Assembly: GCA_963789265.1 (NCBI GenBank) | Contig: CAWBKB010000001.1 | Coordinates: forward strand, 512,001-576,000 | Direction of reading: 5' to 3' | DNA length: 64,000 nt | Origin: an uncultured delta proteobacterium | GTDB taxonomy: Bacteria > Desulfobacterota > Desulfomonilia > Desulfomonilales > Desulfomonilaceae | Part shown: positions 18,599-27,498 of the stretch, piece after piece | How positions within the stretch are numbered: the first letter of the stretch is position 1 | Layout: every line of letters starts with the position of its first letter | The notes under the pieces: generated by a model | What the model saw: only the letters and a program-made list of their open reading frames with translations | What the model was told of the DNA's origin: nothing | Database searches by the model: none | Made by a program: the position numbers and the translations under genes

Positions 18599-20674
18599 TC
18601 ACAAACGCCGCTCGACAAGGATGACGGAAATCTCTCCCTCTCCGTACTGTTCCAGGTAGCGGCGATCCACTCCCACACAATGATCTATGTAGCAGCATCG
18701 GGCTTTAAGACATGCTTTCGGCGTCTCATTGTGCCCCATGTTGTCGGCATTGCTCACCATGTCATCGGCTTCTCGCCTCTTGATGCGCACTTCGTTCCGG
18801 CAGTTCCCAATATGTGGCAGGTGAGGAGCAATACAATAAGGCACGTTGTCAAGAATTGTCAGCGGATATTCCTGCGAGTTTATAGTGGACAATTTTTCTT
18901 TTAGAGAAGAGAGTCGGCACATGCGGCCTCTGTTGACATAAGCATTTCCATCCCATTCGGGCAGACACAGGCAATGGGCAGTAGTGCCGGCGAATCCCAG
19001 AATTTTATCCATGAGCCATTCTATCTCAGGCAGATTAAGTTCGTTAAGGCATGTGTTGACGCTAAGCCGTTCGGGTGAAACGTCATTTATCAGGCTGACA
19101 GCTCTGTACGCTTCCACAAAGCTGCCTTTCCGCCTGACGATTCGGTCGTGTGTTTCTCCGACCCCGTGCAGGGAAACCCAGAAATTCTTCATTCCCGCAT
19201 TTGTAAGTGAGAAAACCAGCTCTTCGGTTATTCCGAACCCATTGGTAAACATGAACAAGTTGTCGATTCCGTGTTCTTTTGCGAAACGAACGTAGTTCAC
19301 AAGCGAGGGGTTCAGAGTGGGTTCACCCGCGCCTGTAAAGAAAAGGGTCTTGATCCCTGCGCGGCTGGACTCCTCAATGAAATCGAATACTTCTTGATCC
19401 AAGTTAGGCGGGTTCTTACTCCTATCGTATGCCGGTGCGCAAAAGATGCAGTTGTTGGTGCACTCGAAACTTGAAAATACTACCGCCCCGGGTTCAGGCC
19501 ATCCCCAGACCAATGATCGCGATTTATCTGCACGGGTCGCGGTCCAGCCCTGCCATTTTTTCGGGTTGGTGAGAACCCGGTCTTCAACGAACGCGAATAC
19601 CTTTTTGTAAGTTTCACAGTACGGATCGGGGTGATCAGGGCTGCCTTCAGCGCTCATTGCTCTTACCGGACAGCCGCCATTGCAAAGTGGCAAATATTTG
19701 CAATCAAGGCATTCTGAGTTGCCGATCAAATTGGCCGTCCGCTCGGCGAGTTTCATTCTCATCGGCGATGTCAACAGCATGCCGAGATCATCGGATTCGA
19801 GAAGATTGCCAAAATTCCGGTCAGGATAGGAGCCCATCCACGCATCGCATTGACTCACTTCACCGCCGGGCCCGACGCAGAAAAAGCCATTTACGCAGTT
19901 TGGGCAGAAGAAGCACGGAATCTTTGCCGCAGCATCCCCCAATGTTATCCGTTCTACGATTCCCTCGTAAGGATCCAAGCGAACTCCGTCATCCCCGGAG
20001 AAGTAAACATCAAGCAGACCGACTAAGAAATCGCCCAGCATCGATGGGTCCAGGAACAATTGATCCGCCAGATGGGAAGCCGGTCCCGAGGCGAAGGGGG
20101 TATTCAATTGAATGCTCTTTAAGCCCAATTCATCTACGTAATACCGGTAAAAGTCCGAAGGGGACACTGAGAGAGTCTGTTTGTTGGGGACCGATATCAC
20201 GGACGCAGACAGGCCTCTGGAGCGAGCAATTCTGTACCTGTCAGCCCAGTGCTCATTATATGAATCGCCCGACAGGCCGCGGAATCTCCGGTGTACATTG
20301 GGATAATCCAGGGACGACCCGACGGTTCCGTCAAAAAGTTCCCATATCACCGGGTCCCAAACGGGATCGTAATCCATGAGGTTGGTCTGCAAATAAAGTT
20401 TAATTTTCAGATTGTGATTTGACATGAACGATCTTATCATACGGCCCGCTGTCAGACACCACTCGGGAGATAGAACCGTAATTTCTCCACCTTGCCAGTA
20501 CACGTCGACACTCTTAACTCCGGAGCGCGAAAGATACGAAGATATGCGGCTGAAAACAGTTTCCAAGTCTTCGAGGGACATGCTTTCCCGAGTTCTTGGT
20601 TCGAAACAGTACGCACAATTACAATTGCAATGGAAAGTAGGCACAAATATTATACTTACTTGAGGGCCGAACAT
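18599..20674 (-). CDS. Protein with two radical SAM domains (rSAM-SPASM fused to a second rSAM with a Cys-rich tail)
   Basis: CNCNCAYC and WQGGE; SPASM C..C..GEVSQC, CLDCKYLPLCNGGC..PYC; second CTNNCIFC and GAGEPTL; CLKARCCYIDHCVG tail. Confidence 0.88.
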   Translation of the reverse strand: MFGPQVSIIFVPTFHCNCNCAYCFEPRTRESMSLEDLETVFSRISSYLSRSGVKSVDVYWQGGEITVLSPEWCLTAGRMIRSFMSNHNLKIKLYLQTNLMDYDPVWDPVIWELFDGTVGSSLDYPNVHRRFRGLSGDSYNEHWADRYRIARSRGLSASVISVPNKQTLSVSPSDFYRYYVDELGLKSIQLNTPFASGPASHLADQLFLDPSMLGDFLVGLLDVYFSGDDGVRLDPYEGIVERITLGDAAAKIPCFFCPNCVNGFFCVGPGGEVSQCDAWMGSYPDRNFGNLLESDDLGMLLTSPMRMKLAERTANLIGNSECLDCKYLPLCNGGCPVRAMSAEGSPDHPDPYCETYKKVFAFVEDRVLTNPKKWQGWTATRADKSRSLVWGWPEPGAVVFSSFECTNNCIFCAPAYDRSKNPPNLDQEVFDFIEESSRAGIKTLFFTGAGEPTLNPSLVNYVRFAKEHGIDNLFMFTNGFGITEELVFSLTNAGMKNFWVSLHGVGETHDRIVRRKGSFVEAYRAVSLINDVSPERLSVNTCLNELNLPEIEWLMDKILGFAGTTAHCLCLPEWDGNAYVNRGRMCRLSSLKEKLSTINSQEYPLTILDNVPYCIAPHLPHIGNCRNEVRIKRREADDMVSNADNMGHNETPKACLKARCCYIDHCVGVDRRYLEQYGEGEISVILVERRL

Positions 20675-20677
20675 AAT

Positions 20678-21520
20678 CTACTCCGCGACCTCTTCCGCTT
20701 TAGCAAGGTCATCGGCGATTTCCTTCGCGTTCACTTTGATCGCATTAAAAACTTCGAGAAAAGGTCCGCAGTCGAAGTCAGTGTCAACAAAACGAAGGTA
20801 GCCTTCACATAAATCGAACCTCTCGCAAGAAACGCATTTGGAACCGGACAAGACAAGGTCCTTTTTGCGGTTTATCAATTGCTTGTAAAGATCGGATTCT
20901 TCATCAATTTGCAGACCACCGGAAACCTCACCCAAGAACTTCCCGGCGCGGGCAAGTCTGGCAGAAGCCGTAACTCTTCCCAATTCGTCGACATAGAGGA
21001 ATTCCGACGGAGATTCAGGATAAAGTTTCGGGAGCGCCAACACGTTTCCTCTCAAACAGGCGCTGATCATGGAATGGAAAAAATCAACCGGAACCTGCAC
21101 ATGAGTGTCGTGCAAATAATAATTCAGTACGGACAACAGTTCACTTGTATCTGACAGCTCTTCAAGGTCCATCGTGACAGGGACCATAGCCGAGGCCGCG
21201 ATCTTCACACCTTGCAGGAGCCCTTTGTCCACATTAATAAGAGCTTCGAGTGAGAACCGATCGACGAGCCAGGTATTTGTGTAGAGCTGAGGAGCGCACT
21301 TTGGATGCAATTTGAGCCGAATCGGAAGCTGCAGCGGAAGAGCCGACAAACTATGCAGGTTCTCACTCGGATATTCCAACTCCACTCCCTTTACTCGATC
21401 GCCCAGCGTTTTATATGTGTTCACGATATCTCCGCAATTCCCTGAACGCAGGACGATATCATGAGAGTCGACTTCAGCAGCCAATCTCGGAGGAATACTT
21501 ATCAATGCTGAATTATGCAT
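20678..21520 (-). CDS. SPASM-like domain protein lacking a radical SAM CxxxCxxC motif
   Basis: ATG at 21520 overlaps the upstream stop (ATGCATAA) after GAGG; FLYVDELGRV..FLGEV, CVSCERFDLCEG..DC. Confidence 0.75.
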   Translation of the reverse strand: MHNSALISIPPRLAAEVDSHDIVLRSGNCGDIVNTYKTLGDRVKGVELEYPSENLHSLSALPLQLPIRLKLHPKCAPQLYTNTWLVDRFSLEALINVDKGLLQGVKIAASAMVPVTMDLEELSDTSELLSVLNYYLHDTHVQVPVDFFHSMISACLRGNVLALPKLYPESPSEFLYVDELGRVTASARLARAGKFLGEVSGGLQIDEESDLYKQLINRKKDLVLSGSKCVSCERFDLCEGYLRFVDTDFDCGPFLEVFNAIKVNAKEIADDLAKAEEVAE

Positions 21521-22601
21521 CAACTGCCTCGAAAAATTCCTTGTACCCTTCACACCAGATAGTCTTTCGCAGCCGCCCGGAAGCTGCCGCGCAGCCCCCG
21601 GCGCAATATTTCCACCAATTACAGGAACCGCACTCGTTTTGCGTGATCAACTTTCTCCTTTGGGAACGCCAAAACGCGTCGGGGTGAGATAGTAACTTGT
21701 CAAGCGGCTCAGAGGTTATGTTGCCGATTTTACCGGACGCGATGTCGAGGAGTCTCACGCACGGATAAACGTCACCTTCCGGCGAGATAGCCAAAGTAGG
21801 CTCGCAACAGTTCAGAGACTCAGAGTACGTCCGAGTGGAATCAGAGTCAACTGACGAAATTTCTTCCCAATTTACGAACGGTTCGACGGGCAACGAACTA
21901 TCGTCCCCTTTCCATGCGCGGTGAACTTCTCTGAGAAAAAGCCCCCAGGATCGCGGGTCCAGACGGGCACCTTCGAACGTATTCGCGGGCTCTTCAAGAG
22001 GTATAAGAGTTAGGCTATCCACTCCCAGGTTCTTGAAATAGTAATAGATTTCCTTGCCACGGTCTATTGATCGACCGTGCACAACATACACCATTCCAAC
22101 GTGAAATCCGCGACTTCTGACAATCTCGAAGCCCTCATACCAACGTTTCAGATAAGAGTCCCCGTTCTTGAGCCTCCTATAGTCCTGGAACGGATCAAGA
22201 GAAGTCCCGATCCCGCCTCCATTCAGAAGCTCGGCCAGAGTGTCTGCAAGCCCTTCTGTTGCCAACGTCAAATTGGACTGCATTATGTGCATCGGGCTGT
22301 TCTTGAGGATCGTTCGGTTTAGCTCCAAGACCTTCTTGTAAAAGGGCTCGCCCATCAGCATGGGTTCTCCCCCATGCCATAGGATTGTCATGTGACAGCC
22401 CGGATTTCCTTCCATGTAATTCGCGAGATTTCGGAACGTGCATTCAACGAGGGCGGGATCGGCGATTTTCGGCCTTTCTGCGACATTGCAGTAAGCGCAC
22501 TTCCCGTTGCATTGGAGAGTCGGTTTGATAACAACTTCAATGCACTTGGGCGCTTCACAGTTATTTTCAGAGGTATATGCCATAGTCAGTGGAGCCGCCA
22601 A
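21513..22601 (-). CDS. Radical SAM/SPASM peptide maturase (anSME-like); alternative start ATG 22583
   Basis: KPTLQCNGKCAYC, WHGGEPML, QSNLT, CCEPTLAISPEGDVYPC, CGSCNWWKYCAGGC..WC. Confidence 0.9.
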   Translation of the reverse strand: MAAPLTMAYTSENNCEAPKCIEVVIKPTLQCNGKCAYCNVAERPKIADPALVECTFRNLANYMEGNPGCHMTILWHGGEPMLMGEPFYKKVLELNRTILKNSPMHIMQSNLTLATEGLADTLAELLNGGGIGTSLDPFQDYRRLKNGDSYLKRWYEGFEIVRSRGFHVGMVYVVHGRSIDRGKEIYYYFKNLGVDSLTLIPLEEPANTFEGARLDPRSWGLFLREVHRAWKGDDSSLPVEPFVNWEEISSVDSDSTRTYSESLNCCEPTLAISPEGDVYPCVRLLDIASGKIGNITSEPLDKLLSHPDAFWRSQRRKLITQNECGSCNWWKYCAGGCAAASGRLRKTIWCEGYKEFFEAVDA

Positions 22602-22759
22602 TTTGACGCTATTTCCTCAACGGGGCCGGCGGCGGAGATGATCGGCATGAGGTCGGTGCAGTACAATCCTTATAGACTGAACCCTGCCCTGGTTACCTGG
22701 GCACAGGGCAAACAAGAAAGGGATGGACCGGCCCGAGGGCCACTAGCGCAATTTCCGCT

Positions 22760-22791
22760 CCTCTCCTGATTCGCGGGCAAATCAGGAGAGG
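22760..22791 (-). other. Perfect 12 bp stem-loop between the precursor and first maturase gene
   Basis: CCTCTCCTGATT-8nt-AATCAGGAGAGG with no U-tract on the minus strand. Confidence 0.7.
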
Positions 22792-22833
22792 AAGCATGCT
22801 GTCGCTGGTCGTGAGCCTGCAACCCCCACCAGA

Positions 22834-23187
22834 CTACCAATTACCCCACACACGGCGGTGCCGCCGCCGCCAGGGCCTGTTGCCCCACACACGGCAGCCG
22901 CCGTTACCCCACACGCGGCATCCATACCACCGCCTACCGCCGTTACCCCACACTCGGCAGCGCAAGAACTGAGATTCCATGGACTCGTCGTTTGTCCCCT
23001 CCTGGTCTGGGAGACCTTCGCGGGTCGCACCCGGTTCCAACGATTCCCTCGGTCCTTCGTCGGAGCCGGATGCTTCGGAAATCCCCAGGACAGCAGTGGC
23101 CACCACTATCGACGACCATTTGCCGAGACTCGTGAGAAATGATCTCCTGCTTAGAGTCTCGTCGTCTTTCTTGTTCTTGTCGTCCAT
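22834..23187 (-). CDS. Putative RiPP precursor (117 aa) with twin-arginine signal and four RVWGN repeats
   Basis: GGAGGA RBS before ATG 23187; SRRSFL plus hydrophobic stretch; acidic linker; core CRVWGNGGRRWYGCRVWGNGGCRVWGNRPWRRRHRRVWGNW; directly upstream of rSAM genes. Confidence 0.85.
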   Translation of the reverse strand: MDDKNKKDDETLSRRSFLTSLGKWSSIVVATAVLGISEASGSDEGPRESLEPGATREGLPDQEGTNDESMESQFLRCRVWGNGGRRWYGCRVWGNGGCRVWGNRPWRRRHRRVWGNW

Positions 23188-23348
23188 TTTATCTCCTCCA
23201 AACGAAACCAAAACAATCGGTTAATCTGAATGAATTTTCCTGTGCGCACATCGGCCGGTCCTGGAAACACCCGGCCCACTCAATCACTAATTCTCCAACC
23301 CAAGAGCAACTTCGTGCAAGGCCGTTCACCCTTAAAAGAAGCCCCTGG

Positions 23349-23834
23349 CTATTTCCCCGGTGGAGGCGGTTGCTCGGGGAACGAGAAATGGGACTGAATC
23401 AGGAGCCATTTGCCGTCCTTCTTCTCAAGCACTCCCGACCATAGACCCATTTGCTGAAACTTGTCTTCCCCGGTATCGACGTCGAACAACACCTCGGTGG
23501 CAAACCACCCCACGTCATCCTTAGACCCGACCGACGTCCATTTGTACTGTCCCTTTACCGATTTTACTTCCTTTAGACTGCCCTCATAAGCCGCTCTGAC
23601 CTGGTCCGTGCCTACGTAGCGCCCTTTTTCGTCGGCTTCAAAGAAAACCACGTTAGCTTCTGGCGCAATCATCTTCATTATTGCGTTCACGTCCTTCTTC
23701 GAATAGGCCGCTTGAAATTGAGCGAGGAAGTTTTTGATCTCTTGGTCGGTCTTGGAATCTGCCGTTGCGACTGTCGTCGCCCCGATTGTAATTGCCGTCG
23801 CGATACTCAGCACCAGTAGAATTGCACTTCGCAT
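23349..23834 (-). CDS. Secreted SnoaL-like/NTF2-fold protein
   Basis: Signal peptide; AAYSKKDVNAI, WSGVLEKKDGKWLLIQSHFSFP. Confidence 0.85.
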   Translation of the reverse strand: MRSAILLVLSIATAITIGATTVATADSKTDQEIKNFLAQFQAAYSKKDVNAIMKMIAPEANVVFFEADEKGRYVGTDQVRAAYEGSLKEVKSVKGQYKWTSVGSKDDVGWFATEVLFDVDTGEDKFQQMGLWSGVLEKKDGKWLLIQSHFSFPEQPPPPGK

Positions 23835-24208
23835 AATTGCCTGCCCCTTAATTTCGTGAAACGCAGCGAAAAACTTCTATCATTATGCAGAACAACCATA
23901 CTAGTTCTTTTGTAGATTGCCGGGAAGGTATCTGTCAAGAAGAATCAGTCCGTGAGTGTGACGGGAGCCGGCAGGAGCAGCTCATGGCAGGACGTGTCCT
24001 CTCCCGACAATTTCGAGTTCCGCGCGGGGCCGGACTACTATCGAACGTCCCTCCGGGAGGCTTGGTATGTAAGCCCCATGGAGGCGATTGAAAAATGGCC
24101 GGTGCCTCAGCGCCGGCTGACACCCTTGAATCCTTCGGCACGTGGCCGCATCTAATTTAAATGCAATGACAAATTGAGCTTTAAGAGATTTGATCTGGAG
24201 AATGAAGC

Positions 24209-24856
24209 ATGGAAATTAATCGAAAACTGAGCATATTATTGGTCCTGGTGGCCGTATCATTCGCCGTGACCACAGTATCGGTTTTGCCTGCGTGGGCGGC
24301 CACCGGCAAGTCCAAACAGGCCTCTGTAAAGGCCAAGAAACGGCATTTGTCCTACAGGGCGAGGCGGATAAAAAAAGTCAACGGCTCCTATATTCCGCAA
24401 GCGCAGCCGCGAACCGTTGCGAGTGCTCCTGCCACGGTCTGTTATGGAAGTTGGCAGCAATCCTTGTATGGGCCGGTCTATACATCATGGTGCCAAGCAG
24501 CAACCGCTTCCAGTCAAGGCTCCGGACAGGCTGAAGGCTGGGCCGCACCGGCACGATCGTCCGGGAGACAAAGCGGGGCAGCACCCCCGGCCGGTGGATA
24601 CGCTCCCCCACCCCAGCAGGTAAATGTCATTAGCCCGCCAGCAAGCGTCTGTTACAGCGGTTGCGTTCCTTATTGGACCGGTCAGGTTTACTCATCGTGG
24701 TGTCAGCCGGCCACCGCCTACAACGCTAACTCCGAACAAACAACTAACTGGGCAGTCCCGGCTCAAACGTACAGAACTCAGAGCTATGCGGCCCCTCAGG
24801 CCGGTCAACCCGGTACTGTCTGCAATGTTGGCAGTTGGCTGCCTTGTTGGTGGTAG
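24209..24856 (+). CDS. Secreted Cys/Trp-containing repeat protein
   Basis: GGAGA RBS, signal peptide ..LPAWA, basic segment, two ~60-70 aa repeats plus a partial third. Confidence 0.7.
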   Translation: MEINRKLSILLVLVAVSFAVTTVSVLPAWAATGKSKQASVKAKKRHLSYRARRIKKVNGSYIPQAQPRTVASAPATVCYGSWQQSLYGPVYTSWCQAATASSQGSGQAEGWAAPARSSGRQSGAAPPAGGYAPPPQQVNVISPPASVCYSGCVPYWTGQVYSSWCQPATAYNANSEQTTNWAVPAQTYRTQSYAAPQAGQPGTVCNVGSWLPCWW

Positions 24857-25160
24857 ACATTGCGGTCAGGTCTTGATTCTTGACCTCGTCTTTTCGCGCT
24901 GCACTGACTTGCTCACTGTTGAGTAGAGGAGTTGAACCTGCGCGGCGACCTCCGTGAGGCAAAATGCAAGACTTGTCCCCAGCCGAAACTCGTTGGTCTA
25001 GATCGTGGAGGCCACGAAGTCCGGAAGCTGATCGACGCGCTTTGACCAGGGTTTTACAGTCTGTAGGGACCGCGAAAGGTTGATTGGGAAGAATATGACA
25101 TGTCGTTGATATGAACGATTTCCCTGGATTATAGAAGAAGCGGGAACTTCTTATGCCCAA

Positions 25161-25373
25161 TCAGTTCCCCTCTTTCTTGTCTTCCTTGTCTTTGCTTACA
25201 AGAGCGACAACAGCCCCAACCGCTACAGCTGCAACTGTTAAAGGTACAGCTACCGTTGCAGCAGCAGCAGCCACAGCAGACCCCGCAGCCGCTAAGCCCG
25301 CCGTAGCGGCACCTGAAACAATAGCCCATCCTCCCATATGACGTGCGAAGCGTCCCAGCCCCTTGAGTCCCAT
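25161..25373 (-). CDS. Small Ala/Gly-rich hydrophobic protein (70 aa)
   Basis: GGAGGGG RBS before ATG 25373; long Ala/Val stretch and charged tail. Confidence 0.6.
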   Translation of the reverse strand: MGLKGLGRFARHMGGWAIVSGAATAGLAAAGSAVAAAAATVAVPLTVAAVAVGAVVALVSKDKEDKKEGN

Positions 25374-25648
25374 GGTTTCCCCCTCCAATGAAACTTTGTG
25401 GTCAAATAAGCCCTATTATTCAATTATACTATTTGCCTCCGTGCCATGTCATTATGTTTCTTCTCTACCAAAACTATACGATTTCTTCTGAAAACTGAGC
25501 AGTGCATGGGGTCAGACCTTGTTTCTTGACATCTTCTTTTCGCGCCGCCCAACCTACTCCCCGTGGGGCAACGGAGTCCAAGCTGCGCGGCAATCTTTCT
25601 GCTGCAACAAGCAATCTGACCCCATCTGTTTAGGTGTGGTTGCCGCTT

Positions 25649-26116
25649 CTAGTCGATTTGTTCCACCAAATAGTTTTGGATTCCCATTTGTGAGATCTGG
25701 TCCTGTTGAGCTTCAAGCCAGTCGATATGGCCTTCCTCTTCTTGCAGAATGTGCTCGAGCAATTCCTTTGTACCGCCGTCTGCGAGCTCGGCCGAAAGCT
25801 TGATCCCGTCGTTGTATGACTGAATGGCATCATATTCGGACTGCCAATCGTTCTTGTGCTGTGTTTCAACTTCTGCACCGATATGTATTTCTTTTAGTTT
25901 ACTGACAACAGGGCGTCCTTCAAGAAAAAGGATGCGTGCGATCAGCTTTTCCGCGTGTTTCATCTCGTCGATTGCACGTTTTTCGTCTGCCTTGTGGAGG
26001 CGTTCGTATTGCCAATTGTCACACATCTCAGCATGAACCATGTACTGATTGATTGCCGTCAATTCGTCCGCGAGTAGATCGTTGAGCTTTTCGATAATTC
26101 TTTCATTCCCTTTCAT
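25649..26116 (-). CDS. bfr: Bacterioferritin
   Basis: MKG..LNDLLADELTAINQY, IDEMKHAE, EEEGHIDWLE, GIQNYL. Confidence 0.96.
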   Translation of the reverse strand: MKGNERIIEKLNDLLADELTAINQYMVHAEMCDNWQYERLHKADEKRAIDEMKHAEKLIARILFLEGRPVVSKLKEIHIGAEVETQHKNDWQSEYDAIQSYNDGIKLSAELADGGTKELLEHILQEEEGHIDWLEAQQDQISQMGIQNYLVEQID

Positions 26117-26722
26117 TTCGGCCCCTTTCTGTAATTTTAGTTGGGCTTGCTCCCCCGAAAATTGAGTTTTTCGCCCCGATCTCAGGCTACCTCACCGTAG
26201 TGCCGCCAGTCAATGATCTTTGGCTATTGCCCTTGAGATAGTATTTCAACGCGGAGAATGCGGAGAACGCGGAGAATTCTCCTTTTTGCGGACGCCTGCC
26301 GATCCGGCACGGCGCATTCCGGTCTGTCTCAGTGACGGCAAGACCGAGCCGACTGAATCCGCCGGTTACTCATATAAAGCTCGAACGAGTTGGCTTTCGT
26401 CTCTGCGTTCTCCGCTCCCTCAGCGGTAGATCCTGATCGGCCGCTGAACGGATGCGTTCCGTCCGAAACTTTTGTGGGAACATCTCCGGCATTCGGGTTT
26501 CTTACATTGCTAAATGCACGGACCCGTTGATTGATACGATGGTGAAAAAAGAAAGGGCGTTCCGAACCAATACACTTGGGAATGTCCGATATCGCGACAC
26601 TCACTTGAACGTGCACCGGCATCAAAGTGGATCCACGGCTCCGGAATAAATTACGCCGCGGAGGAAAGACTATGAGAGGAACAGGAGAATTGATAATGCA
26701 GCCGCAAAGGGGAAGCTCTGAT

Positions 26723-26992
26723 ATGTCTACTTTTCGAAGGTCCAGCGCAGACTATGAACAGAGATTGAGCCAGTGGGGATGCCCGAATTGTGATTTCTTC
26801 GAGCAAAGGATTTTCAGAAGGCGCCGGTCTTCGCGTGAAAGCGACGCTTACGCGATTTGTCGGTGTTCCGGGGAGCCGGTCGACCTAATTTGGGAAGCTA
26901 CCGTGTGCCCTAAGAGCGCCGATTCCGAAAGAAGTGGACATCGTAGCCGATTCAGCCGCGTCCGACGGCGAGACCGCAGAGACGCAGCCTGA
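26723..26992 (+). CDS. Small Cys-containing hypothetical protein (start uncertain)
   Basis: CPNC..CRC..C pattern; several candidate ATGs with purine-rich upstream sequence. Confidence 0.35.
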   Translation: MSTFRRSSADYEQRLSQWGCPNCDFFEQRIFRRRRSSRESDAYAICRCSGEPVDLIWEATVCPKSADSERSGHRSRFSRVRRRDRRDAA

Positions 26993-27037
26993 CACGCGAC
27001 GGTGAGGCTTGGAGCCTGCACAAGGAGGCTGAACCCC

Positions 27038-27280
27038 CTATAAGGAGCCCGGCTCGGTCCATCGGAACACGACTAGTCCTTCTTTGTCTCTAAAGGACCC
27101 GATTATGATGAGGATCAGGTCGATAAGTGCCCAGATCGTAAATCCTCCGAAAGTTACAAGCATCAAAATTCCGGTTCCGATTTTACCTACGTAGAATCTG
27201 TGAACCCCAAATACTCCGAAGAGCAGGCACAGTATCATGGCCACGAGCCTGGACTTGGGCGAAATGACTGAGTTATCCAT
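27038..27280 (-). CDS. TM2 domain membrane protein
   Basis: KSRLVAMILCLLFGVFGVHRFYVGKIGTGIL..WALIDLILI. Confidence 0.92.
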   Translation of the reverse strand: MDNSVISPKSRLVAMILCLLFGVFGVHRFYVGKIGTGILMLVTFGGFTIWALIDLILIIIGSFRDKEGLVVFRWTEPGSL

Positions 27281-27353
27281 GTTTCCGACCTCTTTTCTTT
27301 GACTATTCCCCATATGGGCAACTCTTAACCTATAAAGCGTTCACGGGGTCTTA

Positions 27354-27498
27354 GGCTTGGCGGTCAGGGACACCAGCCTGAGGAGCATAGGCTTCAGTGG
27401 AGCGGTCCCGCGCTGAACGTGGGATTGTCCGCCATCTGAGGGACACCAGCCCCACCGGGATCATAGCACAGGTCCCGCGCGATACGGCATGGCGGTCA
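27354..27498. repeat. Tandem duplicated structured element
   Basis: AGGGACACCAGCC..CATAG..GGTCCCGCGC at 27366-27413 and 27439-27480; GGCWTGGCGGTCA at both flanks. Confidence 0.6.

Noticed and set aside
22700..22760. GCACAGGGCAAAC resembling the start of a c-di-GMP-I riboswitch
   Set aside because: The P2 stem and GACGCAAAGC are absent, and it is antisense to the operon
22841..22962. Short DNA repeats resembling a mini CRISPR array
   Set aside because: They are the coding repeats of the RVWGN motif; spacing is irregular and no cas genes are present
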